From Vulcanimicrobiota bacterium (GTDB lineage Bacteria; Vulcanimicrobiota; Vulcanimicrobiia; Vulcanimicrobiales; Vulcanimicrobiaceae): a stretch of 64,000 nucleotides of DNA. The first letter of the stretch is position 1. Each line of letters opens with the position of its first letter. Positions 11,875 to 22,257 of this stretch are shown in pieces. The position numbers and the translations under genes were made by a program. The DNA lies in NCBI GenBank assembly GCA_963695225.1, contig OY968762.1:1792001-1856000 (forward strand). The letters run 5' to 3'. The notes under the pieces are model-generated. The model saw nothing but the letters and a program-made list of their open reading frames with translations, made no database searches and had not been told where the DNA came from.

Positions 11875-11956
11875 GCCGCTCCATTTCGTGCCGGCGCTTT
11901 CGCGAGCCCCCCGGGACGCTACGGGAGCGGCGCGGGCGCCCTGGAATCCGAAGCGC

Positions 11957-12787
11957 GTGGGCTTGGTATTCGTCCCGACGCCGCTTGGGAATCTCCGCGA
12001 CCTGACGCTGCGCGCGCTCGACGTTCTCGGTTCGTGCGATCTGATCGTCGCGGAAGACACGCGCGTCACGCGTCGCCTGCTCTCGGCGCATTCGCTCGGC
12101 GGCAAAGAGATCCGGACCTACAACGAGCATACGCCGCCGCGGGCGGTCGCGGGGATCGTCGAACGGGCGCGCACCTCGCTCGTCGCCGTCGTCAGCGATG
12201 CGGGAACGCCCGGGATCTCTGACCCGGGGCGCGAGCTGATCTTGGCGGCGCGTGCCGCGGGCGTCGGCGTCGAAGTGCTGCCGGGCCCTGCCGCGTTCGT
12301 CTGCGCGGCGGTCCTTTCGGGGTTCGATTTGCGCGGGTTCTCGTTCGAAGGCTTCGTCCCGCGCGCCGCGGGAGAGCGTGAAGCCGCCCTTCGGGCCGCG
12401 CTCGCGACCGGCAAGACGAGCGTCTGGTACGAGAGCCCGCAGCGGATCGTCGCGACGCTCGAAGCGCTCGCCGCATTCGCGCCGGAGTGCGACGTCGCGC
12501 TCGTCCGCGAATTGAGCAAGCTCCACGAAGAGCAGATCTTCGGCTCGCCTCGGGCCGTCGCGGCGCGGCTCGAGCGGCCCGTGCGCGGTGAGATCGCGTT
12601 CGCATTGCATCCGGCGCCGCAACCCGCGGCGGCCCCACCGGACTCCGGGGCCGTCGAGGCCGCGATCGATGCGGCGCTACGCGGCGGCCGCTCGACGGCG
12701 GCGGCCGCGAAAGAACTCGCCGCGGCCGGTTTCGGCACGCGCGCGGACCTCTACGCGCGCATCGCGGCTCGAAGGAAGCTAGAGTAG
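11957..12787 (+). CDS. rsmI: 16S rRNA (cytidine1402-2'-O)-methyltransferase
   Basis: VPTPLGNLRD, AEDTR, VSDAGTPGISDPG, YESPQR, RELSKLHEE, GEI. Confidence 0.93.
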   Translation: MGLVFVPTPLGNLRDLTLRALDVLGSCDLIVAEDTRVTRRLLSAHSLGGKEIRTYNEHTPPRAVAGIVERARTSLVAVVSDAGTPGISDPGRELILAARAAGVGVEVLPGPAAFVCAAVLSGFDLRGFSFEGFVPRAAGEREAALRAALATGKTSVWYESPQRIVATLEALAAFAPECDVALVRELSKLHEEQIFGSPRAVAARLERPVRGEIAFALHPAPQPAAAPPDSGAVEAAIDAALRGGRSTAAAAKELAAAGFGTRADLYARIAARRKLE

Positions 12788-12846
12788 CGCCTGCCATGCG
12801 GCGCTAAGCCAGGTGCGCCCCCGAACCGGGGCCAAAGGCGTGGGTG

Positions 12847-14373
12847 ATGTCCGCGAACAGCTTCTTCGTCACCACGCCGATCTATTACATCAGCGGAAAC
12901 CCGCATATCGGGCATGCCTACACGTCGATCGTCGGCGACGTCCTCGCGCGCTTCGCGCGCACGCACCGGAAGACGTTCTTCCTGACGGGCACCGACGAAC
13001 ACGGGCAAAAGGTGGCGGCGGCGGCCGCCGCGGCGGGCGCCGATCCGCAGGCCTGGTGCGACCGTCTCGTGCTGAAATGGCAAGATCTCGACGCCCGTTA
13101 CGACGTTGCGTACGACGATTTCATCCGCACGACGGAGCCGCGCCACAAGGAAGCCTGCGTCCTCGCGTTCGAGCGCATGAAAGAGCGCGGCGACGTCTAC
13201 TTAGGAAAGTACGAAGGCTGGTACTGCACGAACGACGAGACGTTTTGGCTCGAGTCGAAGCTGATCGACGGACGGTGTCCCAACCCCGATTGTCGCCGCG
13301 AAGTGCAGTGGCTCTCCGAAGACAACTGGTTTTTCGCATTGTCGAAGTACCGCGATCGCTTGCGCGAATATTTTCTTGACCGCCCGCAGTGGGTGCGGCC
13401 GCAACGTGCCTACAACGAAATGCTCGCGACGATCGAAGGCGGGCTCGACGATCTCTGCATTTCGCGCACGAACCTGGAATGGGGCATCCCGCTCCCCGGC
13501 GGCGGCGTCATCTACGTGTGGCTCGACGCCCTGCTGAACTACATCACGGCGCTCGATTGGGCGAACGACGGCGAGCGCTTCCGCACGTTCTGGCCGGCGA
13601 ACGTCCAACTCGTGGGCAAAGAGATCGCGCGCTTCCACACGATCATCTGGCCCGCCGTCCTCTGGGCGCTCGATCTGCCCGCTCCCGAACTCGTCTACGC
13701 GCACGGGTGGATCACGATCGAAGGCGAGAAGATGAGCAAGAGCCGCGGGAACGTCGTCGATCCGTTCGCGCTCGCCGAGCACTTCGGGCCGGACTCGATC
13801 CGCTATTTCCTCTTGCGCGAAGCGCCGTTCGGCAGCGATTTCTCCTTCAGCGAGGAGAAGGTTCGTTTGCGCCACAACGGCGATCTCGGCAACGACCTCG
13901 GGAATCTCGTGAAGCGTTCGCTCGCGATGGTGCAACGGTATCGCGCGGGGTTCGTACCGCCGCGTCCGGAGCGCTCGCTCTTCGGCGAGCGCTTCGATTC
14001 GCTCGGGGAGCGGGTCGGAGATGCCATCGGCGAACTCGGCTTTCGCGACGCGCTCGAGGCGATTTGGGAGTACGTCACGGCGCTGAACCGGCTCGTGGAC
14101 GAGCGCAAGCCGTGGGAGTTGCACAAGTCCGGCGCCGCGGCTGAACTGGACGCCGTCCTCTACGAGCTCTGTGAAGGCCTGCGCCGCCTGGCGATCTTGC
14201 TCGCCCCGTTCCTGCCGCGCACGGCGGCGGCGATCCGCGCTCAACTCGGACTCCCGCCGCAGGCTCCGGCGGCCTGGGGGGCGGAGCTTCTCTGGGGCGG
14301 GCTACCGCCGGGGATCGAGATCGCGCCCTCGGCCGAGCCGCTCTTTCCCCGCCTCGAACCGCCTGCCGCATAG
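12847..14373 (+). CDS. metG: Methionine--tRNA ligase (short form)
   Basis: TTPIYY, HIGH, GTDEHGQK, YVWLDAL, KMSKS; no C-terminal tRNA-binding domain. Confidence 0.97.
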   Translation: MSANSFFVTTPIYYISGNPHIGHAYTSIVGDVLARFARTHRKTFFLTGTDEHGQKVAAAAAAAGADPQAWCDRLVLKWQDLDARYDVAYDDFIRTTEPRHKEACVLAFERMKERGDVYLGKYEGWYCTNDETFWLESKLIDGRCPNPDCRREVQWLSEDNWFFALSKYRDRLREYFLDRPQWVRPQRAYNEMLATIEGGLDDLCISRTNLEWGIPLPGGGVIYVWLDALLNYITALDWANDGERFRTFWPANVQLVGKEIARFHTIIWPAVLWALDLPAPELVYAHGWITIEGEKMSKSRGNVVDPFALAEHFGPDSIRYFLLREAPFGSDFSFSEEKVRLRHNGDLGNDLGNLVKRSLAMVQRYRAGFVPPRPERSLFGERFDSLGERVGDAIGELGFRDALEAIWEYVTALNRLVDERKPWELHKSGAAAELDAVLYELCEGLRRLAILLAPFLPRTAAAIRAQLGLPPQAPAAWGAELLWGGLPPGIEIAPSAEPLFPRLEPPAA

Positions 14374-14388
14374 CGCCTCGACTGCAGC

Positions 14389-15303
14389 TCAGATGTCGAC
14401 GCCGCGATCGTGCAGGTAGCGGCGCAACTCGGGCGTGATCGTCTCATCGGGCGGAGGCGTCCAGCCGGGCAACGGCGCCGCGAGCGGAACGTTCCGCGAG
14501 CCCGTCCCCGCAAACGGGTCGGCATCGGGGCGGAAGCGGACCGGCCACGGGACGCCCTGCCGCTCGACCCGGCCGTCGTCGAATGCGACGTTGCAGGCAA
14601 CGTAGTAGTAATCCCAACCGGCGGCCTCCCAGGACTTGATCGGGTCGCACAGGCCTTCGTAGCCGCTCAACCTCCCGTCGATCCCGAGCATCTCCGTGCG
14701 GTAGTGCTTCGGCGCCGCCGGGGGCGCGTTCGGAACCCGCAAGGGGTCCGCCGCGCTCTTCGCCTGGGCGATCGTCTGCGCGAACGCCCGCTCGAGCCTT
14801 GCGAGCTTCTCGGGAGAGAACGGCGCGCGTTGGGAATCGGCCGGCTCGGCGGGGGCGAAGGCGACGCGGCGCGGCGCGGGCGTCGAGCGGACCCGCGGCG
14901 GATTAGGCGCCCGCTCGCGCGGCGTGGCTTGCGGCGGGGCCGGTTGCGCGGCGAGCTTGTGCGAGGTCAACTCGTGCTTGATCGCGGCGTTCGCTTCGGC
15001 TTTCGGTGCCGGGCGCGGCGCCGGAGCTCGCGCGGAGCGCCGCGCAGCCGGCCGCTCCTGCGGGAGCGGGACGGCGCGACGGTCGATCCGCACGGCGCTG
15101 GAGATCGTCACGAAACGCTCCGTCGGCTCCGGAACCGGGAACGCGTGCAGTTTCGCCAAGCGCGGGGCCGCGAGGAACCAGAGGAGGGCGAGCAAGAGAT
15201 GGACCGCGAGCGAGAGCAGGACCGCAAGCAGAATGAACCGGTCGCCGCGCCGTTCGCGGGATGCGCCGGCGATCAGCCCGACGGGCGCGGCTCCGAACGC
15301 CAA
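14389..15303 (-). CDS. Hypothetical membrane-anchored Pro/Ala-rich protein (TonB/TolA-like architecture)
   Basis: In-frame TTG at 15303, 7 nt after AAAGGAGGT; TM segment with SLAVH (SxxxH), Pro-rich linker, small C-domain with two Cys. Confidence 0.6.
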   Translation of the reverse strand: MAFGAAPVGLIAGASRERRGDRFILLAVLLSLAVHLLLALLWFLAAPRLAKLHAFPVPEPTERFVTISSAVRIDRRAVPLPQERPAARRSARAPAPRPAPKAEANAAIKHELTSHKLAAQPAPPQATPRERAPNPPRVRSTPAPRRVAFAPAEPADSQRAPFSPEKLARLERAFAQTIAQAKSAADPLRVPNAPPAAPKHYRTEMLGIDGRLSGYEGLCDPIKSWEAAGWDYYYVACNVAFDDGRVERQGVPWPVRFRPDADPFAGTGSRNVPLAAPLPGWTPPPDETITPELRRYLHDRGVDI

Positions 15304-15448
15304 CGCATCAACCTCCTTTCGAGTAGCGGGCACGACCAAACACGGCCGCGCGAGTCGCGGCGTTTACGGCCATCGTTCCGCGCAACGCTCGGGGGAGGCT
15401 GGGAGCCCGCGGACCGGGAGCTTCATCCGATGAACCGAACGCCGCGGC

Positions 15449-16231
15449 ATGTTCGACTCGCACGCCCACGTTCACGATGCCGCCTTCGACGCCGACCGGG
15501 AGGACGTGCTCGCCCGCGCGCGCGCCGCGGGCGTGCGGCGCATCCTCACCGTCGGTTGCGACCTCGCGGATAGCGCGCGCGCCTGCGCGGCGGCGAGCGT
15601 CTACGGCCTCGACTGGTCCGTCGGAATCCATCCGCACGAGGCGAAAGACGCGCCGCCCGACGTCGCGGCGGCGTTTGACCGGTTGCGCTCCGAAAGCGCG
15701 CTCGCGCCGCGCGCCGTCGGCGAGATCGGGTTGGACTTCTACTACGACAACAGCCCGCGGGAGCGCCAGCGGGAGGTCATGATCGAGCAGTTGCGTTACG
15801 CCCGCGCCGGCGGGCTTGCGGTCATCTTCCACCAGCGCGACGCATTCGACGAGTTCGTCGCGGTCCTGCGGGATGAGTTCCTCCCCGGGATGCGCGGGGT
15901 CGTCCACTGCTTCACGGGCGACGCCGAACAAGCGACGCTCCTCACGGGGGAATTCGACCTCTTCCTCGGCATCGGCGGCGTGCTGACGTTCAAAGCGGCG
16001 GGGAAACTCCGCGAAGCCGCCGGAGCCGTGGGCATCGAGCGCCTGCTGCTGGAAACGGACTGCCCCTATCTGGCCCCGGTGCCGCACCGCGGGCGCAGGA
16101 ACGAGCCGGCGTTCGTCGCGGACACCGGTGCGGCGCTCGCGGCCCTGCTCCAGCTTCCCCTATCCGAAGTCGTCTCGCGCACGACCGCGAACGCCGAGAA
16201 GCTCTTCGGCGCGCCCGGGCCGGACGCGTAG
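15449..16231 (+). CDS. tatD: TatD family nuclease
   Basis: DSHAH, GIHPH, VGEIGLDFYY, HCFTG, ETDCPYLAP, NEPA. Confidence 0.95.
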   Translation: MFDSHAHVHDAAFDADREDVLARARAAGVRRILTVGCDLADSARACAAASVYGLDWSVGIHPHEAKDAPPDVAAAFDRLRSESALAPRAVGEIGLDFYYDNSPRERQREVMIEQLRYARAGGLAVIFHQRDAFDEFVAVLRDEFLPGMRGVVHCFTGDAEQATLLTGEFDLFLGIGGVLTFKAAGKLREAAGAVGIERLLLETDCPYLAPVPHRGRRNEPAFVADTGAALAALLQLPLSEVVSRTTANAEKLFGAPGPDA

Positions 16232-16234
16232 CCG

Positions 16235-16483
16235 CTAGTCTTCTCCGTCGCGGGCCGGCGCTGTTCCGGTCAAGATCGACCGCTGCGCCCGCCCGGCGGA
16301 CCGGGCGTGTCGCGCTTGACCGATCGGCGTCGGCGGCGTCAGGGTCTTTCGGGGCGCCGGCCGCGACCGCGAGAACAGCCGGCCCAGCCAGCGTGCGAGC
16401 ATGCCGCGCAACGAGGTGCGGCGTTCGACTTCATCGCGCACGCGCTTGGACCAGGAGGGTCCGGAACTGTTGGCCAGCGGCAT
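16235..16483 (-). CDS. Small basic hypothetical protein, possibly leaderless
   Basis: ATG at 16483 is preceded by TATGAT-N6 on the minus strand; 82 aa; no recognisable motif. Confidence 0.4.
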   Translation of the reverse strand: MPLANSSGPSWSKRVRDEVERRTSLRGMLARWLGRLFSRSRPAPRKTLTPPTPIGQARHARSAGRAQRSILTGTAPARDGED

Positions 16484-16553
16484 ACCCCGATCATAGCGCG
16501 GCCGGGGCGTCGCGGCCATATGCACGCGGTGTGAAGCCTCGCCTCCGGCCAGG

Positions 16554-18409
16554 CTAGGCGGGGCGCGCGGCTTCCAGGCTCTCGGCCATCATGTGCCTGC
16601 TCCTGCGCTCGAGGCTCGCTGCGGGACCGGCGCCCGAAGCCGTCGCGACGCCGTATCGCCTGCTCGAGCCCAAACCACACGCTTTGGCGGCGTAGAGCGC
16701 GATGTCGGCGCACTCGATGAGGGTCCGTTCGTCACCGCCGTCCTGCGGGCAGACGCTGATACCGATGCACGCGCTGAGGTTGAGGTGCACGCCCTCGATC
16801 TCGCAGGGGGCCTCAAGTTCCTTTTTAAGCCTGGCCGCGAGCGCCTCGGGGGGGCTCCGATCGCCGGGCCGGGGCGGAGCACGATGAACTCGTCGCCGGC
16901 GAGCCGCGCGACGGTGTCGCTGTCGCGGCACGCCCGGCGCAAGCGTTGCGCGACGACCTTCAGAACCTCGTCGCCGACGAGATGCCCGTACGTGTCGTTG
17001 ATCGTCTTGAACCTATCGAGGTCGACGAAGTAGACGGCGACATTCTCATCGCGCCGGGGCGCGGCCGCGATCGCCTGCGCGAACCGGTCGTGCAACAAGA
17101 GGCGGTTCGGCAAACCGGTCAGAGCGTCGAAGTGCGCCAAGCCGTTCAGACGCCTTTCCTGTATCGCTCGCTCGGTGTTCACCGCCACAAGTTCTCCGAC
17201 CGCGCGCACGAACTCGCGGTCGAGATCGCTCAGCGGCGCGCTTCTGTTGCCGCTGACGAAAGCGAGTGCGCCGTAGCGTCCGCTCTCAACGTCGAGCGCA
17301 ATGCCGACGAACGTACGGCAGAACGGACGGGTCCGCGGCGCTCCCCCCGAGCGTTTCTTGAGTGCCGGCCCGTGGATCTCGCGCAAACCCGATTCCGCGA
17401 TCGTTTCCCCAATGAGCCGTCTGAAAAGGGGGTCCTCGGCCCCGGCGCACAACTCCGCCCCGGCGCGACGCTCGATCGTGAGCGTCTGCTCGTGGATGGC
17501 GACGACGACGGCAGATTCCAGTTCGAGTTCTTTGAGCCCGAAGGCGATCGCGGTATCGACTTGCTCGTTCGCGTCCGCTCCGATCTCGGAAGCCAAACGG
17601 TACAGCCGGCGCATGCGCAGCGATTGACACGCGAGCGCTTCATCTCGCTGCTCGCGATCGGTCACGTCGCGCGACATCAGAAACAAGCCCTTCACGCACT
17701 CCTCGAAGACGATCGGGATCGCGGTCCCCTCGACGGTCATCGGAGCTCCGCCGTTCGGAAGCGTTTGCCGATATCGAGTCGGTTTGCCGGCGCGGATCAT
17801 GTCCTGGATGAAACCGTTGAGTTCGTCTTGCTCGCCGGGCGGAAGCATGCTCGCGACTTCCTTGCCGGCCATCTCTTCGGACCGGCAACCGAGCAAACGT
17901 TCCGCCGCCGCGTTGACTCTCACGTAGCGGCCGTTCGCGTCGATCATCGAGATCGGGTCGGGGTGTTGTTCGAAGAGCGAGAGGAATTCCCGGCGGCTCT
18001 CGTCGCGCTCGTCCTCCGCTCTGCGCTGTTGCGTGACATCGCGCGCTATTCCGAAAACGCCGACGATCTTCGCAGCCACGATCGCAGGGGTCAGCCGCAC
18101 GATGACGTCGACGGCCTCGCCGTCGAGTCGCGCGAACCTCGACTCAAATTCGACCGGCTCCCCGGAGAGCGCGAGTTCGAATCTCGCGGCCGCGCGCCCG
18201 ACCTCGGCAGAGGCCATGTGCCTCGAAAAGTGCGTGCCGCGAAGTTCGTGGCCGGAAGCGCCGACGAGCGCTCGCGCCACGCCGTTTCCGGTGACGATCG
18301 TGCCGCCCCGGTCGTAGAGCGCGACCGCGTCTCGATTCAGCGAAAAGAGCGACGGGAACCGCTCCAGCGCCTGGACTAGTTCGACCAGCGCGTCCTCATC
18401 GTCGAGCAT
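16554..18409 (-). pseudogene. PAS-PAS-GAF-GGDEF diguanylate cyclase, frameshifted in a homopolymer
   Basis: Frame 1 has DALTGLPNR, DLDRFKTINDTYGH..GD and RLAGDEF. The rest of the domain (EALAARL..SACIGIS..ADIALYAAK) continues in another frame after the G7 at 16848-16854. Confidence 0.85.
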
Positions 18410-18493
18410 AGCTGCTCACCTCGCCGGCCCTCCCCGGAGGGCCCCGCACTACTACTATCGGTCCCCTGCGCCGATGCATAAGAGCGGGGTCGG

Positions 18494-19375
18494 CTAGCGC
18501 ACGCCGTTTCGCAGTTCGCCGAACGGGCGCCCGGCCGACCAGCCCGCCTCGAACCGGGCGCGCAGGGGTTCGACGAGCCCCGCCGCGCTCGTCGCGTATC
18601 CCCAATCGAGCGTCCCCGGGGAGCCCCCGGTCGCGTTCGCGGAGCCGACCCAAGCCCGGTCCCCGGCGAGCGCGAGCTTCTCTCCACGCTCTCCGAGGCG
18701 GATCTCTACCCCCGCCGCCTGCAGCGCACGGAGCGAACGTGCCTCGCGAGCGCCGAGCGGCCGCGCGCCGACCAGGAGGCGCACGTGCCCCCCGGCCTCG
18801 GCACGCTCGAGCAAGGCGGCGCAAACTCGGCCGCCGCCGAACGACTCGCTCTCGCAGGCGACGCCGTCCCCGGGAGCCCCGGCGATCGTTTCCGCCTCGA
18901 GTGCGAGCGCCGCGCCCTTGCTCGTCGCGAGCGCCCCGCCCTCGCTCGCAGCAAGCGCGCCCGAGCGCGGCGATTCCCCGGCGAGTGCGGCGCGGACTGC
19001 GGCGAGATCGCCCGGGTCGCTCGTGGCGAGGATCGTGTCGCACCCGTCGCCCGGCCAATTGCGATCGTCGAGGAAGAGCGTCCCGTCCGCGATGACGGCC
19101 TTGAGGTGGAGCGGCGGTTCGTCCGGAGCGGAGAGGACGGCATCGGCACCCCGGGCGCGGAGTTCTTCGACGGCAGCCCGGTTGGCGGCGATCACGCCGT
19201 CGCCGGCGCCGAGCCCGCCCCCGCCGAGCCGGACCCGAACGCGGGCGCCCGAGGCGGCCGCCTCATCGAGGGCCTCGAGCATCGGTCCCGAGCGGAGTAT
19301 GTACGCGCTGCACGAAACTTCGCGCGCCTGGGCGATCGAGGCGAGAACCGCCTCCTGCGAGCTCAGCGCGAGCAT
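18494..19375 (-). CDS. Phospholipase D-like (HKD) protein
   Basis: HLKAVIAD motif 1; degenerate motif 2 GEKLALAGD..VGSAN. Confidence 0.7.
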   Translation of the reverse strand: MLALSSQEAVLASIAQAREVSCSAYILRSGPMLEALDEAAASGARVRVRLGGGGLGAGDGVIAANRAAVEELRARGADAVLSAPDEPPLHLKAVIADGTLFLDDRNWPGDGCDTILATSDPGDLAAVRAALAGESPRSGALAASEGGALATSKGAALALEAETIAGAPGDGVACESESFGGGRVCAALLERAEAGGHVRLLVGARPLGAREARSLRALQAAGVEIRLGERGEKLALAGDRAWVGSANATGGSPGTLDWGYATSAAGLVEPLRARFEAGWSAGRPFGELRNGVR

Positions 19376-19524
19376 ACCGCGACGGTGGTCACCGCTCCGA
19401 CGTCAAAGGTTGCGGGATGATCCTGGAGCGCGGTATCGTTCATCGGTCCCCCTCTTACGCTCCGGATCACGCCCATCGCCCAGGACGACAAGCCCCGCCT
19501 CGGAATCGAGCAGCTACAGCATCT

Positions 19525-20220
19525 ATGGACAAGGCCGTCTACGTTCGCGAAATGTTCGCCGCGATCGCGCCCCGCTACGATATGACGAACCGGCTCATGA
19601 CCGCCGGCGTCGACGAAGGCTGGCGCCGCCGCGCCGTGCGCGAACTCGCTCCCCCTCCGGGCGGCCGCATTCTCGATCTCTGCTGCGGGACGGGCGATCT
19701 GTCGTTCCACCTCACGCGCACCGACCCGACGCTGCGCGTCGACGGCGTCGATTTTTGCGAGCCGATGCTCGACGGCGCGCGAAAGCGCGCGCCGCGCGAA
19801 GATCCCGCCGGGCGCACGACGTTCCACGTCGGCGACGTGATGGCGCTCCCGTTCGCCGACGCGACGTTCGACGGTGCGACGATGGGCTTTTCGATGCGCA
19901 ACGTCGTCGATATCGTCGCCACGCTGCGCGAAGCGCGTCGCGTGCTCCGCCCCGGATCCCGCTTCGTGAACCTCGACGTTTCGAAGGCGCCGAATCCGCT
20001 GTTCCGCCGCGCGTTCAACCTGTACTTCTACGGCGTCGTCCCGTTGCTCGGCGGCGCCGTCGGCGGCTCGAAGCCCGCCTACCGCTACTTGCCGAATTCG
20101 CTGACGAACTTTCCGAACGCGGACGAATTGGCGCGCCGCTTCGAGACGGCAGGCTTCCGCGACGTCCGGTACGTCCGCCTCGGCGGCGGGGCGATCGCCG
20201 TCCACGCGGGGACCGCATGA
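19525..20220 (+). CDS. menG: Demethylmenaquinone methyltransferase (UbiE/MenG)
   Basis: VREMFAAIAPRYD..N, LDLCCGTGD, LPFADATFD, RNV, AYRYLPNS..FP. Confidence 0.9.
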   Translation: MDKAVYVREMFAAIAPRYDMTNRLMTAGVDEGWRRRAVRELAPPPGGRILDLCCGTGDLSFHLTRTDPTLRVDGVDFCEPMLDGARKRAPREDPAGRTTFHVGDVMALPFADATFDGATMGFSMRNVVDIVATLREARRVLRPGSRFVNLDVSKAPNPLFRRAFNLYFYGVVPLLGGAVGGSKPAYRYLPNSLTNFPNADELARRFETAGFRDVRYVRLGGGAIAVHAGTA

Positions 20221-21230
20221 TCGAATCCCGCGGGCTGCACGACAAGAGCGATCGCGACCTTTACGCGCTCGTCGAAGAGTTCTTCAGCACCGAATTCACG
20301 ACCGATAATCCGCTGATCACGGAGGCGGTGCGGCGGATGCTCGCCGCCGGCGGTAAACGGCTTCGGCCGCGTTTCACGTTGCTCGCCGCGGAGGCGAACG
20401 GCTCCGACGCGCGCGAGCATCTTCCGCTCGCGGCGTACATGGAGCTGATCCACGTCGCGACGCTGATCCACGACGACGTCGTCGATCGCGCCGACACGCG
20501 GCGCGGCGTGAACGCGACGGCGATCGATTTCGGAAATCGCGTGAGCGTGCTCGCGGGCGACTACCTCTTCGCGTGGATCTTCAAGAACGTCACCGCGAAT
20601 TACCCGAATCCGGTACCGACCATCCTCTCCGCGACGCTCGCCGAGATCTGCGACGGCGAGGTGATGCAGCTGCGCGCGCTGGGCAACCTGAATCTCGGGA
20701 TCGCGGAGTACACGGAGATCGCGCTGCGCAAGACGGCGGCGCTGTTCGCCGCCTCCGCCGAGTGCGGGGCGATCATGGGCGGCGGCTCGCCGCTGCGGAT
20801 CAAGGCGCTGCGCGATTTCGGCCGGTACTTCGGGATCGCGTTCCAGATGCTCGACGACCTGCTCGACGTGACGGCGGACGAGGCGACGCTCGGCAAGCCC
20901 GTCGGCAACGATCTGCGCGAGCACAAGATGACGCTCCCGCTCATTTTCGCGCTCGAAGGGGGCGGGGCAAACTTTCGGAACCGGGTCGCGCGTTTCTATC
21001 GCGGGGAGACTCCGGGGCCCGAGGTGCCGGAACGGATTGCGGAGCTCCTTGCCGGAATCGTTGCGGGAGGTGGCGTCGAACGGAGCCGCGAGGCGATCGC
21101 CGGTTACGTCGAGCGGGCGAAGATGTCGCTGGCGCCCCTTGGCAACGCCGCCGCCCGAGCCGACCTGGCGGACCTCGCCGATGCGCTGGTCCGGAGTACG
21201 GACGAACCGAAACTGATCGAAGGAGCCTGA
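20217..21230 (+). CDS. Polyprenyl diphosphate synthase (HepT/IspB-like)
   Basis: GGKRLRP, LIHDDVVD..RRG, KTA, FQMLDDLLD, GKPVGNDL; ATGA overlap with menG. Confidence 0.92.
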   Translation: MIESRGLHDKSDRDLYALVEEFFSTEFTTDNPLITEAVRRMLAAGGKRLRPRFTLLAAEANGSDAREHLPLAAYMELIHVATLIHDDVVDRADTRRGVNATAIDFGNRVSVLAGDYLFAWIFKNVTANYPNPVPTILSATLAEICDGEVMQLRALGNLNLGIAEYTEIALRKTAALFAASAECGAIMGGGSPLRIKALRDFGRYFGIAFQMLDDLLDVTADEATLGKPVGNDLREHKMTLPLIFALEGGGANFRNRVARFYRGETPGPEVPERIAELLAGIVAGGGVERSREAIAGYVERAKMSLAPLGNAAARADLADLADALVRSTDEPKLIEGA

Positions 21231-21236
21231 GAAACT

Positions 21237-21467
21237 ATGTTAGGTGGGACTGAGATCGCCGTCATCGTGGGGGCAGCGGTGCTCCTGTTCGGCGGCACCA
21301 AGATCCGCGACGTTGCCCGTGGGCTCGGCGCGGCTCAGAAGGAATTCAAGCTCGGGCAAGCCGAGGCAGATCTCGCGGCCGAGAAGCTGAAGGCGGAGAC
21401 CCGGCTGCAGGCGGAAGCCGCAGCCAAAGCCGCACAAGAGACCGCCGCGACGAAACCCGGCGCGTAG
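21237..21467 (+). CDS. tatA: Twin-arginine translocase TatA
   Basis: TM helix, LLFG hinge, amphipathic helix, EFK. Confidence 0.9.
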   Translation: MLGGTEIAVIVGAAVLLFGGTKIRDVARGLGAAQKEFKLGQAEADLAAEKLKAETRLQAEAAAKAAQETAATKPGA

Positions 21468-21477
21468 CGGCTCCTAG

Positions 21478-22257
21478 GTGCTCGCGGAGGAATTGAACTC
21501 GGCGGCGCGTGAGCCGCACGCGCCCGACTGGGATCAGAAGGAGATGCCGTTCACGGAGCACCTGCGGGAGCTCCGTTCGCGCTTGCTCGTCTCGATCTCG
21601 ACGATCGGCGTGCTCGCGGTTGCGATGTTCTGGCCTTCGCAATTCATCATCAACTGGATCCGCCGCGAGTACTTGCCGGGCATCGAGCTCAACGCGTTCG
21701 CCCCGACGGACGGCATCTTCGTCGAGTTCAAGTTCTCGCTCTACGCGGCGCTCGTTCTCGGACTTCCGGTGCTCGTCTACCAAGCGTGGATGTTCATCGT
21801 CCCCGCCTTCCATCCGCGGACGCGACGCATCGTCTACGCGTATACCGCGCCCTCGCTCCTGCTCGCCGCCGCCGGCTTGGCGTTCTGCCATTTCTTCATC
21901 GTCAAGCGGATCCTCGCCGCGACGCTCGCGATCACCAACGAGATCGCCAAGCCCACGTTCGGGCTCGAGCCGACGCTCAACCTCATCATGATGCTGTTTC
22001 TTGCGTTCGCGATCGTCTTCCAGACGCCGATGGTGCTCGTGGCGCTCGCACGCATCGGGCTCGTCAACGCGACGATGCTGCGCGCTTACCGCCGCTACGC
22101 GGCGATGGCGATGCTCTTGCTCGGCGGCATCGCCGCGCCCGACGCCTCGCCCGTCACGATGCTCCTGCTCGCGGTTCCGATGTACGTCCTCTACGAAGTC
22201 AGCATCTGGCTGATCGTCGTCCTCGATCGCGGCTGGCAGCGGAGCGCGAGCCCCTAA
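21478..22257 (+). CDS. tatC: Twin-arginine translocase TatC
   Basis: MPFTEHLRELRSRL, YQAWMFIVPA, FQTP, PD, LYE. Confidence 0.95.
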   Translation: MLAEELNSAAREPHAPDWDQKEMPFTEHLRELRSRLLVSISTIGVLAVAMFWPSQFIINWIRREYLPGIELNAFAPTDGIFVEFKFSLYAALVLGLPVLVYQAWMFIVPAFHPRTRRIVYAYTAPSLLLAAAGLAFCHFFIVKRILAATLAITNEIAKPTFGLEPTLNLIMMLFLAFAIVFQTPMVLVALARIGLVNATMLRAYRRYAAMAMLLLGGIAAPDASPVTMLLLAVPMYVLYEVSIWLIVVLDRGWQRSASP

